This document shows positions 48,765-58,970 of a DNA stretch of 64,000 nt, piece after piece. Position numbers and translations under genes: made by a program. The notes beneath the pieces were generated by a model. That model was not told the DNA's origin. It did not search any database and saw nothing but the letters and a program-made list of their open reading frames with translations. The stretch spans positions 310,244 to 374,243 of the forward strand of contig CAWIXT010000006.1 of assembly GCA_963840165.1 (NCBI GenBank), written 5' to 3'. Positions within the stretch are counted from its first letter, which is position 1; each line of letters begins with the position of its first letter. This stretch comes from an uncultured Gemmatimonadales bacterium (GTDB lineage: Bacteria > Gemmatimonadota > Gemmatimonadetes > Gemmatimonadales > GWC2-71-9).

Positions 48765-49781
48765 TCATATTGTGGGGTGTCGGTGAGCAGCTGAATATCG
48801 CCCGGTCACGAAGTGCTCCAACTGGCGCTCGAGGTCGGCCAGCAGGGTGCTCGCGCCGAAGCGGAACAGATGGGGGCGGAGCCAGGCATCGCCCAGCTCG
48901 TCCTTCACCAGCATCAGCCAGTCCAGGGCCTCTCTGGCGGTGCGAATGCCGCCGGCCGCCTTGAGTCCCACCAGCTGCCCGGTACGCTCATGGTAGTCGC
49001 GAATGGTTCGAGCCATTACCAGCCCCACCGGCAGCACGGCATTCACACTTTCCTTGCCGGTCGAGGTCTTGATGAAGTCGGCGCCCGCCATCATACACAC
49101 CAGGCTGGCTCGCGCCACGTTGCGGAGGGTGCCGAGCTCACCGGTCGCGAGGATGGTTTTGATGTGGGCGTCGCCGCAGGCCTCGCGCATGGCGCGCACT
49201 TCCTGGTACAGGCCGGGCCAGTCCTCCCGCAGCACGTAGCCGCGGGTGATCACGACGTCGATCTCCTCCGCCCCCGCCGCCACCGAGGAGCGGATCTCCG
49301 CCACTCGCTGCTCGAACGGTGAGAGCCCGGCGGGAAAGCCGGTAGAGACCGCCGCCACCGGGATCCCCGACGCTTGAAGCGCGTCGAGCGCCGTCTCTAC
49401 GAAGGCGTGGTAGACACAGACCGCCGCCGCGCGGATGGGAAGCTGGGCCGCGCCCATTGCCTCGAGCAGCTCCGGGCGAACCGGCCGGCGCGCCTTGGCG
49501 CAGAGCCGGCGTACCCGGCCCGCGGTATCGTCGCCGGAGAGAGTGGTGAGATCCAACAGGGTGACGGCTCGTAACAGCCAGGCGGCCTGCCACTCTTTCT
49601 TGACGGTTCGACGAGTCCGAAGCGTCGCAGTCCGGCGCTCGACTGCGCTCCGGTTGACCCTCATCTCCTCGACCCAATCCAGCTCCAGCGGCATCCCGGG
49701 ATTCCGGGGCGTGACTGGCACGTCGAGCGGTCCAGGTCGGGAAGGCGAGACCGGGCGCTGCTGGTTTGGCATGTCGTGCAT
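48765..49781 (-). CDS. deoC: Deoxyribose-phosphate aldolase (long form)
   Basis: LLDLTTLSGDDT and the Schiff-base lysine context ADFIKTSTGK. It is 338 aa. Confidence 0.85.
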   Translation of the reverse strand: MHDMPNQQRPVSPSRPGPLDVPVTPRNPGMPLELDWVEEMRVNRSAVERRTATLRTRRTVKKEWQAAWLLRAVTLLDLTTLSGDDTAGRVRRLCAKARRPVRPELLEAMGAAQLPIRAAAVCVYHAFVETALDALQASGIPVAAVSTGFPAGLSPFEQRVAEIRSSVAAGAEEIDVVITRGYVLREDWPGLYQEVRAMREACGDAHIKTILATGELGTLRNVARASLVCMMAGADFIKTSTGKESVNAVLPVGLVMARTIRDYHERTGQLVGLKAAGGIRTAREALDWLMLVKDELGDAWLRPHLFRFGASTLLADLERQLEHFVTGRYSAAHRHPTI

Positions 49782-49818
49782 GATTCAGAACATAGAGGAT
49801 AGACGAAGCACCGGTAAG

Positions 49819-49874
49819 ACGGGGCTGCCCCTGATGCACTTGGCCTTGCGGCCCCGGTGCCCCGCTGCCCCGCC
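49819..49874. repeat. GGGGCAGC-family 8-mer repeats (C-rich on the plus strand) with a short complementary upstream arm
   Basis: gacggggctgcccctg (49819-49834) and gccccggtgccccgctgccccgcc (49851-49874). It lies between the deoC start and the rhomboid stop. Confidence 0.7.
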
Positions 49875-49879
49875 TCGAC

Positions 49880-50641
49880 CTACCGCTCCTGGTACCCCAG
49901 CCTGTTCGTGGTCCGAGCCATCGCCCGATGCTGGGCCACCAGGTCAGGGTCCTTGAAGATCTGAATCAGCAGCGCTCCCGCGATGAACCCGCCGGCGTGG
50001 GCCCAGAATGCGACACCGCCTTCCGCCGAACCGGAAAGCCCGCCGCCGATCAGCTGCAGCAGGAACCAGTAGCCCAGCATCAGGTAGGCCGGGACTACGA
50101 TGCGTGTGATGAAGATTGCCAGGATCACCAGCATGTGCACTCGAACCTTGGGGTACAGCACGATGTACGCCCCCATGACACCACTGATCGCGCCCGAGGC
50201 GCCAACCATGGGTATCGCGCTCGACGGATTCATGAAGGTCTGGGCCGCCGCCGCGGCAATGCCACAAAGCAGGTAAAAGGCGAGGTAACGGACGTGGCCC
50301 ATGGAGTCTTCGACGTTGTTTCCGAACACCCACAGGAACCACATGTTGCCTATGAGATGAAACCACCCGCCGTGGAGAAACATCGAAGTGAGGGGGGTAA
50401 ACCAGGTCTGCTCGTCGCCCAGCATGCAGACCGTCTGGTTGCCCATTGGGACGGTGGCGCCCTGAGGAACCAGTCCCAGAAACTCGCCCGGGATGAGACC
50501 CAGCTCGCAGACCGACCGCGACAGATGGGGCTCCGCGCCCATGCCCTGTACCAGCACCCATACCAGGACGTTCGCTCCGATTAGAAGGAACGTCACGACC
50601 GGCGTGGCGAGAGTCGGGTTATCGTCCCGGTAGGGGAACAT
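49880..50641 (-). CDS. Rhomboid-family intramembrane serine protease
   Basis: FLHGGWFHLIGNMWFLWVFG and the catalytic GASGAISGVMGAY, with ...AHAGGFIAG later. About six TM segments. Confidence 0.85.
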   Translation of the reverse strand: MFPYRDDNPTLATPVVTFLLIGANVLVWVLVQGMGAEPHLSRSVCELGLIPGEFLGLVPQGATVPMGNQTVCMLGDEQTWFTPLTSMFLHGGWFHLIGNMWFLWVFGNNVEDSMGHVRYLAFYLLCGIAAAAAQTFMNPSSAIPMVGASGAISGVMGAYIVLYPKVRVHMLVILAIFITRIVVPAYLMLGYWFLLQLIGGGLSGSAEGGVAFWAHAGGFIAGALLIQIFKDPDLVAQHRAMARTTNRLGYQER

Positions 50642-50668
50642 GGCTCAATATAAGCGAGCCGTGATCGT

Positions 50669-51808
50669 CTATTTGGTAGGGGATTCGGTGTTCACCAGCT
50701 CGGGCTTGCTGACGGCCGGCCGGCGGATCTCCTGATCAAGCGAGGGACGGTCCTCTCGGGTGAACGGTTCCAGTGTGACGGGCTGGCCGCTGTCCGCCGA
50801 CCGATAGAGCGCTCGAATCACTCGCACGTCCGCCAAGCCTTCCCAGCCGGACGGCTCGGCCGGAGCACCAGTCAGAATGCACTCGGAGAAGCTGATCAGC
50901 TCTGGGGCGAACTGATCCCTCTTGGGGAACGTGCGCTCGCGGCTCCTGCCGTCGATCGTCACCCGCTGCTTCAGCTCTCCGGCGTACTCGTATGCCGGGT
51001 CCAACACCAGCTCTCCCTTGGTCCCGACCACGCGGTAGGTGGAGACATCGGCCCCGTTGAAGCTGCAGGTAAAGCTGGCCACCCTTTCCCGCCCCGGGAA
51101 ACGCAGAATGGCGGCGATTGTCTCCTCGCATTGCTGGAACCGTGGATCGCCGTTGTTGGCGCTGAATGCCACCACCTCCATCGGTTCCGCACCATACAGA
51201 TTACGGACGGCGTTGATGCAGTACACTCCGATGTCGTAGAGCGGGCCGCCGCCCAGGTCCCGCGGGTTCAGGCGGATGTCACCCTGCTTCACCTGCATGG
51301 TGAACACCGAATCGAACAGCCGGGGTTCGCCCAGGCGCCCTCCTTGTACTAAATCGATTGCCTTGAGATTGGCTTCCTCGAAGTGAAGCCGATAGGCAAT
51401 CATGAGTTTCACCCCGTTGTCCTCGGCTGCCCGGATCATGGCGAGACAGTCTTCCTCGGTCACTGCCATCGGCTTTTCACAGAGCACGTGCACACCGGCA
51501 CGGGCGGCACGTTCGGAGTATTCGCGGTGGAGGTGGTTGGGAAGAGCGATGTAGACGGCATCCACCAAGCCGCTCCCGAGGCACTCATCGAACTGATCGT
51601 AGGAGAAGCGGGCTTTCACCTTGTAGCGGCGCCCAAGCTTTTCCAGCTTCTCCGGATCGTCGGATACCAGCGCTGTCACCTCCGAGTTTTCCGCGTGGGC
51701 AAATGCGGGCAGGACCGCCACCTGCGCAATGTGACCCAGGCCGATCACCCCGTAACGGACCTTCCTCTTCCCAGCCTGCTTAGGGGTTTCCTTACGGGCG
51801 CGCGGCAT
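50669..51808 (-). CDS. Gfo/Idh/MocA-family NAD(P)-dependent oxidoreductase
   Basis: Rossmann start VRYGVIGLGHIAQ, then EKPMA. It is 379 aa. Confidence 0.8.
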   Translation of the reverse strand: MPRARKETPKQAGKRKVRYGVIGLGHIAQVAVLPAFAHAENSEVTALVSDDPEKLEKLGRRYKVKARFSYDQFDECLGSGLVDAVYIALPNHLHREYSERAARAGVHVLCEKPMAVTEEDCLAMIRAAEDNGVKLMIAYRLHFEEANLKAIDLVQGGRLGEPRLFDSVFTMQVKQGDIRLNPRDLGGGPLYDIGVYCINAVRNLYGAEPMEVVAFSANNGDPRFQQCEETIAAILRFPGRERVASFTCSFNGADVSTYRVVGTKGELVLDPAYEYAGELKQRVTIDGRSRERTFPKRDQFAPELISFSECILTGAPAEPSGWEGLADVRVIRALYRSADSGQPVTLEPFTREDRPSLDQEIRRPAVSKPELVNTESPTK

Positions 51809-51911
51809 GGTTGGTCCTCAACAACTCCAAGGAAAACAGGGCTTCACCGGCTCCAGGCCAGAGAAGCCCCAGGTTCAGGCGTAGGAAGTTCGGGCTCCGG
51901 GGGAAACGCCG

Positions 51912-52061
51912 CTACAGCGCTCGGCGGCCCTGGATCAACTGCATGACAGCCAGAATGACGGCAATTACCAGCAGCACATGGATGAACCCGCCCAGGCTGT
52001 ATGACGTGACGACCCCCAGCAGCCAGAGCACCAGGAGTATCACGAAGATCGTCCACAGCAT
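51912..52061 (-). CDS. Small membrane protein of the lmo0937 family (49 aa), absent from the supplied ORF track
   Basis: My translation of the minus strand from the ATG at 52061 gives MLWTIFVILLVLWLLGVVTSYSLGGFIHVLLVIAVILAVMQLIQGRRAL, with the stop at 51912. It closely resembles the widespread two-TM mini-protein family ending in GRR. Confidence 0.7.
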   Translation of the reverse strand: MLWTIFVILLVLWLLGVVTSYSLGGFIHVLLVIAVILAVMQLIQGRRAL

Positions 52062-52102
52062 GGCTACCTCCTCACGTTGGGATGAACCCACTGAACAACT
52101 CG

Positions 52103-52128
52103 TTGAGTTCCTCGACCGCTGAACTCAA
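52103..52128. promoter_or_regulatory. Perfect 8-bp inverted repeat TTGAGTTC-N10-GAACTCAA upstream of dnaK (HAIR-like half-sites)
   Basis: Read directly from the sequence. It lies 184 nt upstream of the dnaK ATG, in the divergent region shared with the small membrane protein gene. Confidence 0.3.
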
Positions 52129-52311
52129 CCCAACGTAAGCCCCCTCGGATGAAAGCGTCGTGATTCATGTCACGACTCCCTGTCACCCTTGCACTTGGGC
52201 CTATTTTAAGCCAAAACGGCAGCCTTAGGCGGTATGAGCCTTGCTCGTGCCCATCCCAGGAAACGCGGCGGAGAACGCCGCCAGGCAGCAGGACCTCTTT
52301 TCGGAGTCGAC

Positions 52312-54233
<1,922 letters not shown>

Positions 54234-54237
<4 letters not shown>

Positions 54238-54337
54238 CCCGAGGGTACCTCGGGTCACCCTGAGGCGGGAGTCGCCGAATGGTCCGTGACCCGAGGGTAC
54301 CTCGGGTCACCCTGAGGCGGGAATCGCCGAAGGGGAC
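54234..54337. repeat. Two tandem 52-bp repeats, each starting with a 25-nt palindrome
   Basis: gtgacccgagggtacctcgggtcaccctgaggcggga(g/a)tcgccgaa occurs at 54234 and 54286. The palindrome GTGACCCGAGG-GTA-CCTCGGGTCAC has an 11-bp stem. The first copy begins within the dnaK stop codon. Confidence 0.9.
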
Positions 54338-54348
54338 AGTCCAAACCA

Positions 54349-54383
54349 GGGGCCGGAGTGGATCCCGGCCCCCATTCTGTTTT
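54349..54383 (+). terminator. Rho-independent terminator of dnaK
   Basis: GGGGCCGG-agtggatc-CCGGCCCC forms an 8-bp GC stem and is followed by attctgtttt. Confidence 0.6.
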
Positions 54384-54479
54384 GACACCCAATGTGCCGA
54401 AACTCACCATGGCGGGTGGCTGTACTGTTAAATTGGACGGGTGCTGTATGATCCCCACGCTTCGCCGAAGGACCGCTCG

Positions 54480-56042
54480 ATGTCTTCACGATCGCTAAAC
54501 TGGCTCAAGTTCGGTGGTTTGGTCGCCCTGGCCTTTGCCTTGGGGCTGCTCTTTGCGGGGTTGTTGGACCTGCCCAACCGCTCGGCGGCCCAGGAACAGG
54601 GGCGCCAGACAAGCGCCATCGCCAAAGTCCCGGCCCCCTCCATCCCTGCGGCGCTGCCCCTCCAGGAGCTCAGTGAGGCGTTTGCCGCCGTCGCCGAGCA
54701 TGTCAAGCCAAGCGTGGTGTATATCCGGTCCCAGCGCACGGAGAGCACCACCAGGCAGCGGGTCCCGCGAGGCATGGAGCGGTTATTTCCCCAGTTCCGC
54801 CCCCGGGACGAGATCGAGCAGGGCAGCGGCTCGGGGTTCGTGGTGTCGTCCGACGGGTTCATTCTCACCAACAATCACGTAGTCGAGGGTGCCGAGCAGG
54901 TGACGGTCCGGCTGCTGGATCGGCGTGAGTTCAAAGCCAAGGTCATCGGCACCGACCCGAACACCGACGTGGCCGTGCTCAAGATCGATGCGAAGGGACT
55001 GCCACCCGTGGCACTGGGGAACAGTGAGGATGCGCGGGTAGGTGAATGGGTGCTCGCCATCGGCAACCCGCTCGGCGAGGGCCTCACCTTCACCGTGACG
55101 TCCGGTATCGTGAGCGCCAAGGGCCGGGCCCTCAACGGCCTTCCGGGCCGGGGCCAGGGCAGCATCCAGGACTTCATTCAGACCGATGCGGCCATCAACC
55201 CCGGCAACTCGGGCGGACCGCTTGTCAGCGTCAGGGGTGAGGTCATCGGGATCAACTCCGCGATTGCCAGCGAAACCGGCTTCTACTCCGGCTATGGCTT
55301 TGCCATCCCTATCAACCTCGCGCGCACCGTCATGAACCAGCTGGTGGAAACCGGTTCGGTGCACCGGGCCGCGCTGGGAGTCTCCATCGACAACGTCACC
55401 CTCACCGATGCCGAGTATGTCGGGCTCCCGGAAATCCGGGGTGTCGTAGTGAAGGACATTCCCAACGAGGATTCCCCGGCTAAGGCCGCCGGTATCGTTC
55501 CCGGCGATGTGATCGTCTCGGTCGACAGCAAGCCGGTCGAGCGGGTCGGTCAACTCCAGCAGGTCATCGGCTTTCGGAAGCCGGGCGACGTGGTCAAAGT
55601 CGAAGTCGCCCGGAAGGGGGGCGTGCGCAAGACCTTCGACGTCAAGCTCCAGGCCCTCAACGACCAGCCGCAGGTGGCCAGCGCCGAGGAGGGCGAGACC
55701 GAGAACGGCGGCGAACCGGCCGGGACGGCAATGAACCGGCTGGGGATCAGTGTGGAGCCGGTCACTCCCAGCGTTGCCCAGCAGCTTCAGCTTCCCCAGG
55801 ACATGCGGGGCCTGGTCGTCACGGATGTGACGCCCGGTGGACCGGCCTGGGAGACCCTGGTGGACGATCCGCAGCGCAACGGACCCGACATCATTCTATC
55901 GGTGGAGGGCAAGCCGGTGCGGACGGAAGCCGAGCTCCGCAACGCTCTCAAGGCCGAGAAGCCCGGGAGCATCGTCTCACTCGGCATCTACAACCCGCGG
56001 AGCCGCAGCCGCAGGGTGGATCGGATCCGGCTCGGGGAGTAA
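54480..56042 (+). CDS. htrA: Periplasmic serine endoprotease, HtrA/DegP/DegQ family, with two PDZ domains
   Basis: The ATG at 54480 is preceded by GAAGGA. An N-terminal TM anchor is present. The catalytic residue contexts are TNNHVV, DVAVLKI and GNSGGPLV. Two PDZ-like regions follow. Confidence 0.9.
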   Translation: MSSRSLNWLKFGGLVALAFALGLLFAGLLDLPNRSAAQEQGRQTSAIAKVPAPSIPAALPLQELSEAFAAVAEHVKPSVVYIRSQRTESTTRQRVPRGMERLFPQFRPRDEIEQGSGSGFVVSSDGFILTNNHVVEGAEQVTVRLLDRREFKAKVIGTDPNTDVAVLKIDAKGLPPVALGNSEDARVGEWVLAIGNPLGEGLTFTVTSGIVSAKGRALNGLPGRGQGSIQDFIQTDAAINPGNSGGPLVSVRGEVIGINSAIASETGFYSGYGFAIPINLARTVMNQLVETGSVHRAALGVSIDNVTLTDAEYVGLPEIRGVVVKDIPNEDSPAKAAGIVPGDVIVSVDSKPVERVGQLQQVIGFRKPGDVVKVEVARKGGVRKTFDVKLQALNDQPQVASAEEGETENGGEPAGTAMNRLGISVEPVTPSVAQQLQLPQDMRGLVVTDVTPGGPAWETLVDDPQRNGPDIILSVEGKPVRTEAELRNALKAEKPGSIVSLGIYNPRSRSRRVDRIRLGE

Positions 56043-56048
56043 CTAGCA

Positions 56049-56194
56049 GCGGGTAACCGGGTAACCGGGTAAGCCGGTAGAGTACACGAGGGGGCCAGAA
56101 GCTGAATAGAGCTCGGCCCCTTCGCTGCGCTCAGGGTGACAGAGGCTCTCCCCCCCGGCCTACCCGCTTACCCGCCCACCCGCTGTCCCGCTAC
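56049..56194. repeat. Paired inverted 8-mer arrays (GGGTAACC / TACCCGCY) enclosing a single core-element arm
   Basis: gcgggtaaccgggtaaccgggtaagccggtagag (56049-56082), core ccccttcgctgcgctcagggtgaca (56117-56141), and ggcctacccgcttacccgcccacccgctgtcccgctac (56157-56194). Confidence 0.8.
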
Positions 56195-56202
56195 TTTCAA
56201 AC

Positions 56203-56901
56203 ATGCCGCTCCGTGGAATCATCTTCGATATCGATGGCACCCTCGTCGACACCAATCCCGCCCACGTCGAGGCCTGGCGCAGGGCCTTTCAGCGGCTGGG
56301 GTACGACGTGCCTGTGAGTCGTATTGTGGTCGAGATCGGCAAAGGGGGGGACCTGCTGGTCCCGTCAGTCCTCGGGCAAGAAGCGGAGAAACGTCACGGA
56401 GAGACGCTCCGGAAGCTGCAGAAGGAAGAGTTTCTCGCTATCGCCGAACGGGAGTCCTTCCGGGTCTTTCCTTGTGTGCCGGAGCTCTTCCAGGCTCTGC
56501 GTGATCGACACATCCGGACCGCTCTGGCCACCTCGAGCGACCAGAAGCACCTTCAGGGTGTCTGCCGGAGCGCGGGCCTCGATCTTCCGAGTCTGGCGGA
56601 CGTCCTGGTCACCAAAGACGACGCCCAGGCCAGCAAGCCCGAGCCCGACCTGGTGGTCGTCGCCTGGGAGAAGCTGGCGGTGGCTCCCACCGAGTGTGCC
56701 ATGGTGGGCGACACCATCTATGACGGACAGGCCTGCCAGGCCGCTGGGGTCGTGTTCCTGGGCCTGGAGTCCGGCGGCACTCCGGCAGAGGCACTGCTGG
56801 AAGCCGGCGCCCGGGGGGTATGGCACGATACCGGCCACCTCTACGCCGACCTGGATCATGCGCTCGAGCTTGCCGCTCTCTCGGCGGTTTCCAGACGATA
56901 G
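56203..56901 (+). CDS. HAD-superfamily hydrolase (subfamily IA, phosphatase-like)
   Basis: Motif I IIFDIDGTLVDT, motif II ATSS, and motif III/IV K...VGDTIYD. It is 232 aa. Confidence 0.8.
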   Translation: MPLRGIIFDIDGTLVDTNPAHVEAWRRAFQRLGYDVPVSRIVVEIGKGGDLLVPSVLGQEAEKRHGETLRKLQKEEFLAIAERESFRVFPCVPELFQALRDRHIRTALATSSDQKHLQGVCRSAGLDLPSLADVLVTKDDAQASKPEPDLVVVAWEKLAVAPTECAMVGDTIYDGQACQAAGVVFLGLESGGTPAEALLEAGARGVWHDTGHLYADLDHALELAALSAVSRR

Positions 56902-56930
56902 CCTCCCTCGCACTCAGGAGCTGCATCCGA

Positions 56931-57200
56931 ATGACCACCAGCGAAGAGACCGACTGGATGAACCATCCCGCTATCCGGGCCCTGGTGGATCAGGCGAACA
57001 CCTTGCAGCTCGAAGAGCGGATCACGCTGGTCAAAGGTTTGATCCCCGGCATAGCGGACGCACTCTCGGAGGAGGAATACGAGCAGTTCGTCACCTTCAT
57101 CAGGCTCAAGGGCGAGCGGTACCACGAGGCGAAATCCCATCCGGGCGCCGGCCGGGCCGAGCGACACATCCCGGGTGAGCGCGAGCTGGAAGGACGGTAG
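56931..57200 (+). CDS. Small hypothetical protein (89 aa)
   Basis: The ATG at 56931 within ORF 56820..57200 gives MTTSEETDWMNHPAIRALVDQANTLQLEERITLVKGLIPG. The composition looks coding, but I recognised no motif. Confidence 0.45.
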   Translation: MTTSEETDWMNHPAIRALVDQANTLQLEERITLVKGLIPGIADALSEEEYEQFVTFIRLKGERYHEAKSHPGAGRAERHIPGERELEGR

Positions 57201-57283
57201 GCAGCGGGGCAGCGGGGCAGCGGGGCAGCGGGGCAGCGGGGCAGCCAAACTAGCAAATTGTCACCCTGAGCGCAGCGAGGGGG
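57200..57283. repeat. 8-bp tandem array (GGCAGCGG x5.5, five GGGG tracts) followed by a core-element arm
   Basis: ggcagcggggcagcggggcagcggggcagcggggcagcggggcagcc (57200-57246), and tgtcaccctgagcgcagcgaggggg (57259-57283). The latter is the 24/25 reverse complement of 56117-56141. Confidence 0.9.
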
Positions 57284-57293
57284 CGGAGATACG

Positions 57294-58970
57294 ATGACGA
57301 AATGGATCTCAATAAGCTTTGGCGTCGCCCTCCCGATTGCACTACTATCATCCTGCAAACCCGATCCGTCAGACGCCAAGGCCTCATCCTCAGTTGAATC
57401 CGACTCGCCCATCGGACAGAAACTCGCCCAGTACACCCCGGTTCGCCTGACCTCGGATCTGGACAAGCTGAGCGAGAATGAGCGTCGAATGATCCCCCTC
57501 CTGATCGACGCTGCCCGCTTCATGGATGCGATCTACTGGCAGCAGTCCTACGGAAACCGTGACTCACTGCTGAGCTCGCTCAGCGACCCGCGGGTCCGCC
57601 GATACGCCGAGATCAACTACGGACCCTGGGACCGGCTGGAGAACAACACTCCGTTTGTGCCGGGCGTCGAGGCCAAACCCAAGGGAGCCGCCTTTTACCC
57701 GCGGGACATGACCGCGGAAGAGTTCGAGGCGGCAGCTGCCAAGTCTCCTTCTGCGGGAAAGGCATTGCGGAGCCAGTACACGATTGTGCGGCGCGACTCG
57801 GCCGGCGGGCTCGTGGCGATCCCGTACCATCAGGTATTTGCCGAGCAGGTGGCCCCTGCGGCAGCGAAGATCCGGGAAGCCGCTGCGCTGGCCGAGGATC
57901 CCGGGCTCCGCCGCTATCTCGAGCTCCGGGCCAGGGCCCTCGAGACCGACCAGTATCAGCCTAGTGACCTGGCCTGGCTCGACATGAAGGACAACACCAT
58001 CGAAGTGGTGATCGGCCCGATCGAGACTTATGAGGATCAGCTGTTCGGAAACAAGGCCGCCAATGAAGCTTTCGTACTGATCAAGGACAAGGAGTGGAGC
58101 GGAAGGCTGGCGCGCTACGCCGCCATGCTACCCAGCCTGCAAAGTGAGCTGCCGGTGCCGGCCGCGTACAAGCGCGAGAAGCCCGGCAGCGATTCCGACC
58201 TGAACGCCTATGATGCGGTCTACTACGCCGGCGATGCCAACGCGGGATCCAAGACGATCGCGATCAACCTGCCCAACGATGAGGAAGTGCAACTACGGAA
58301 GGGAACCAGGCGGCTTCAGCTGAAGAACGCCATGAAGGCGAAGTTCGAGAAGATTCTGGTTCCTATCGCCGGCGAGCTGATCGCGGAGGATCAGAAGCAG
58401 CACATCAATTTCGACGCATTCTTCTCCAATATCATGTTTCATGAGGTCGCGCACGGCCTCGGCATCAAGAACCTGGTGGGGCGGAAAGGCACCGTCCGGG
58501 AGGCGCTCAAGGAACAAGCCGGCGCGCTGGAAGAAGGAAAGGCCGACATCCTCGGTCTGTACATGATCACCAAGCTCCACGAGCGAGGCGAGCTGAAGGA
58601 AGGGACCCTGGACGACAACTACGTGACCTTCCTTGCGGGAATCATCCGGTCGGTTCGGTTCGGCGCCTCCAGCGCGCACGGCCGCGCCAATGCCGCGCAA
58701 TTCTCGTTCTTTCAGGATCAGGGAGCCTTCGCGCGTGACTCGTCTACCGGCCGCTACCGGGTGGACGTTGCCAAGATGCGGACGGCCGTCGATGCCCTCG
58801 CAGGTCAGATCCTGCGTTTCCAGGGCGATGGCGATCACGCCGGAGTGGCCAGGTTCATGGCCGAACGGGGGAAGCTTCCCGCCACGCTCCAGCAGGATCT
58901 AACCCGCCTGGGGTCGCGTGGCATTCCCGTGGATATCGTCTTCGAGCAGGGCGCTGAGGTATTGGAGTGA
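57294..58970 (+). CDS. Zinc metallopeptidase lipoprotein, M49 (dipeptidyl-peptidase III)-like
   Basis: ALLSSC lipobox. It has FHEVAHGLG (HExxH) and, 28 residues later, EEGKADILG. This matches the two-motif arrangement of short bacterial DPP III-like enzymes. The family call is from memory. Confidence 0.6.
   Translation: MTKWISISFGVALPIALLSSCKPDPSDAKASSSVESDSPIGQKLAQYTPVRLTSDLDKLSENERRMIPLLIDAARFMDAIYWQQSYGNRDSLLSSLSDPRVRRYAEINYGPWDRLENNTPFVPGVEAKPKGAAFYPRDMTAEEFEAAAAKSPSAGKALRSQYTIVRRDSAGGLVAIPYHQVFAEQVAPAAAKIREAAALAEDPGLRRYLELRARALETDQYQPSDLAWLDMKDNTIEVVIGPIETYEDQLFGNKAANEAFVLIKDKEWSGRLARYAAMLPSLQSELPVPAAYKREKPGSDSDLNAYDAVYYAGDANAGSKTIAINLPNDEEVQLRKGTRRLQLKNAMKAKFEKILVPIAGELIAEDQKQHINFDAFFSNIMFHEVAHGLGIKNLVGRKGTVREALKEQAGALEEGKADILGLYMITKLHERGELKEGTLDDNYVTFLAGIIRSVRFGASSAHGRANAAQFSFFQDQGAFARDSSTGRYRVDVAKMRTAVDALAGQILRFQGDGDHAGVARFMAERGKLPATLQQDLTRLGSRGIPVDIVFEQGAEVLE

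Noticed and set aside
52062-52311. CIRCE element or sigma-32-type promoter (CTTGAAA-N13-15-CCCCATNT) upstream of dnaK
   Set aside because: No TTAGCACTC/GAGTGCTAA half-sites are present. CTTGCAC at about 52187 is followed by CCTATTTT after only 5 nt, which is the wrong spacing.
54382-54441. Sigma-70 or sigma-E promoter for htrA (TTGACA at 54382; TATGAT at about 54436)
   Set aside because: TTGACA has only a poor -10 (CACCAT) at 17-nt spacing. TATGAT has no acceptable -35 at 16-18 nt. Neither pairing is convincing enough to annotate.
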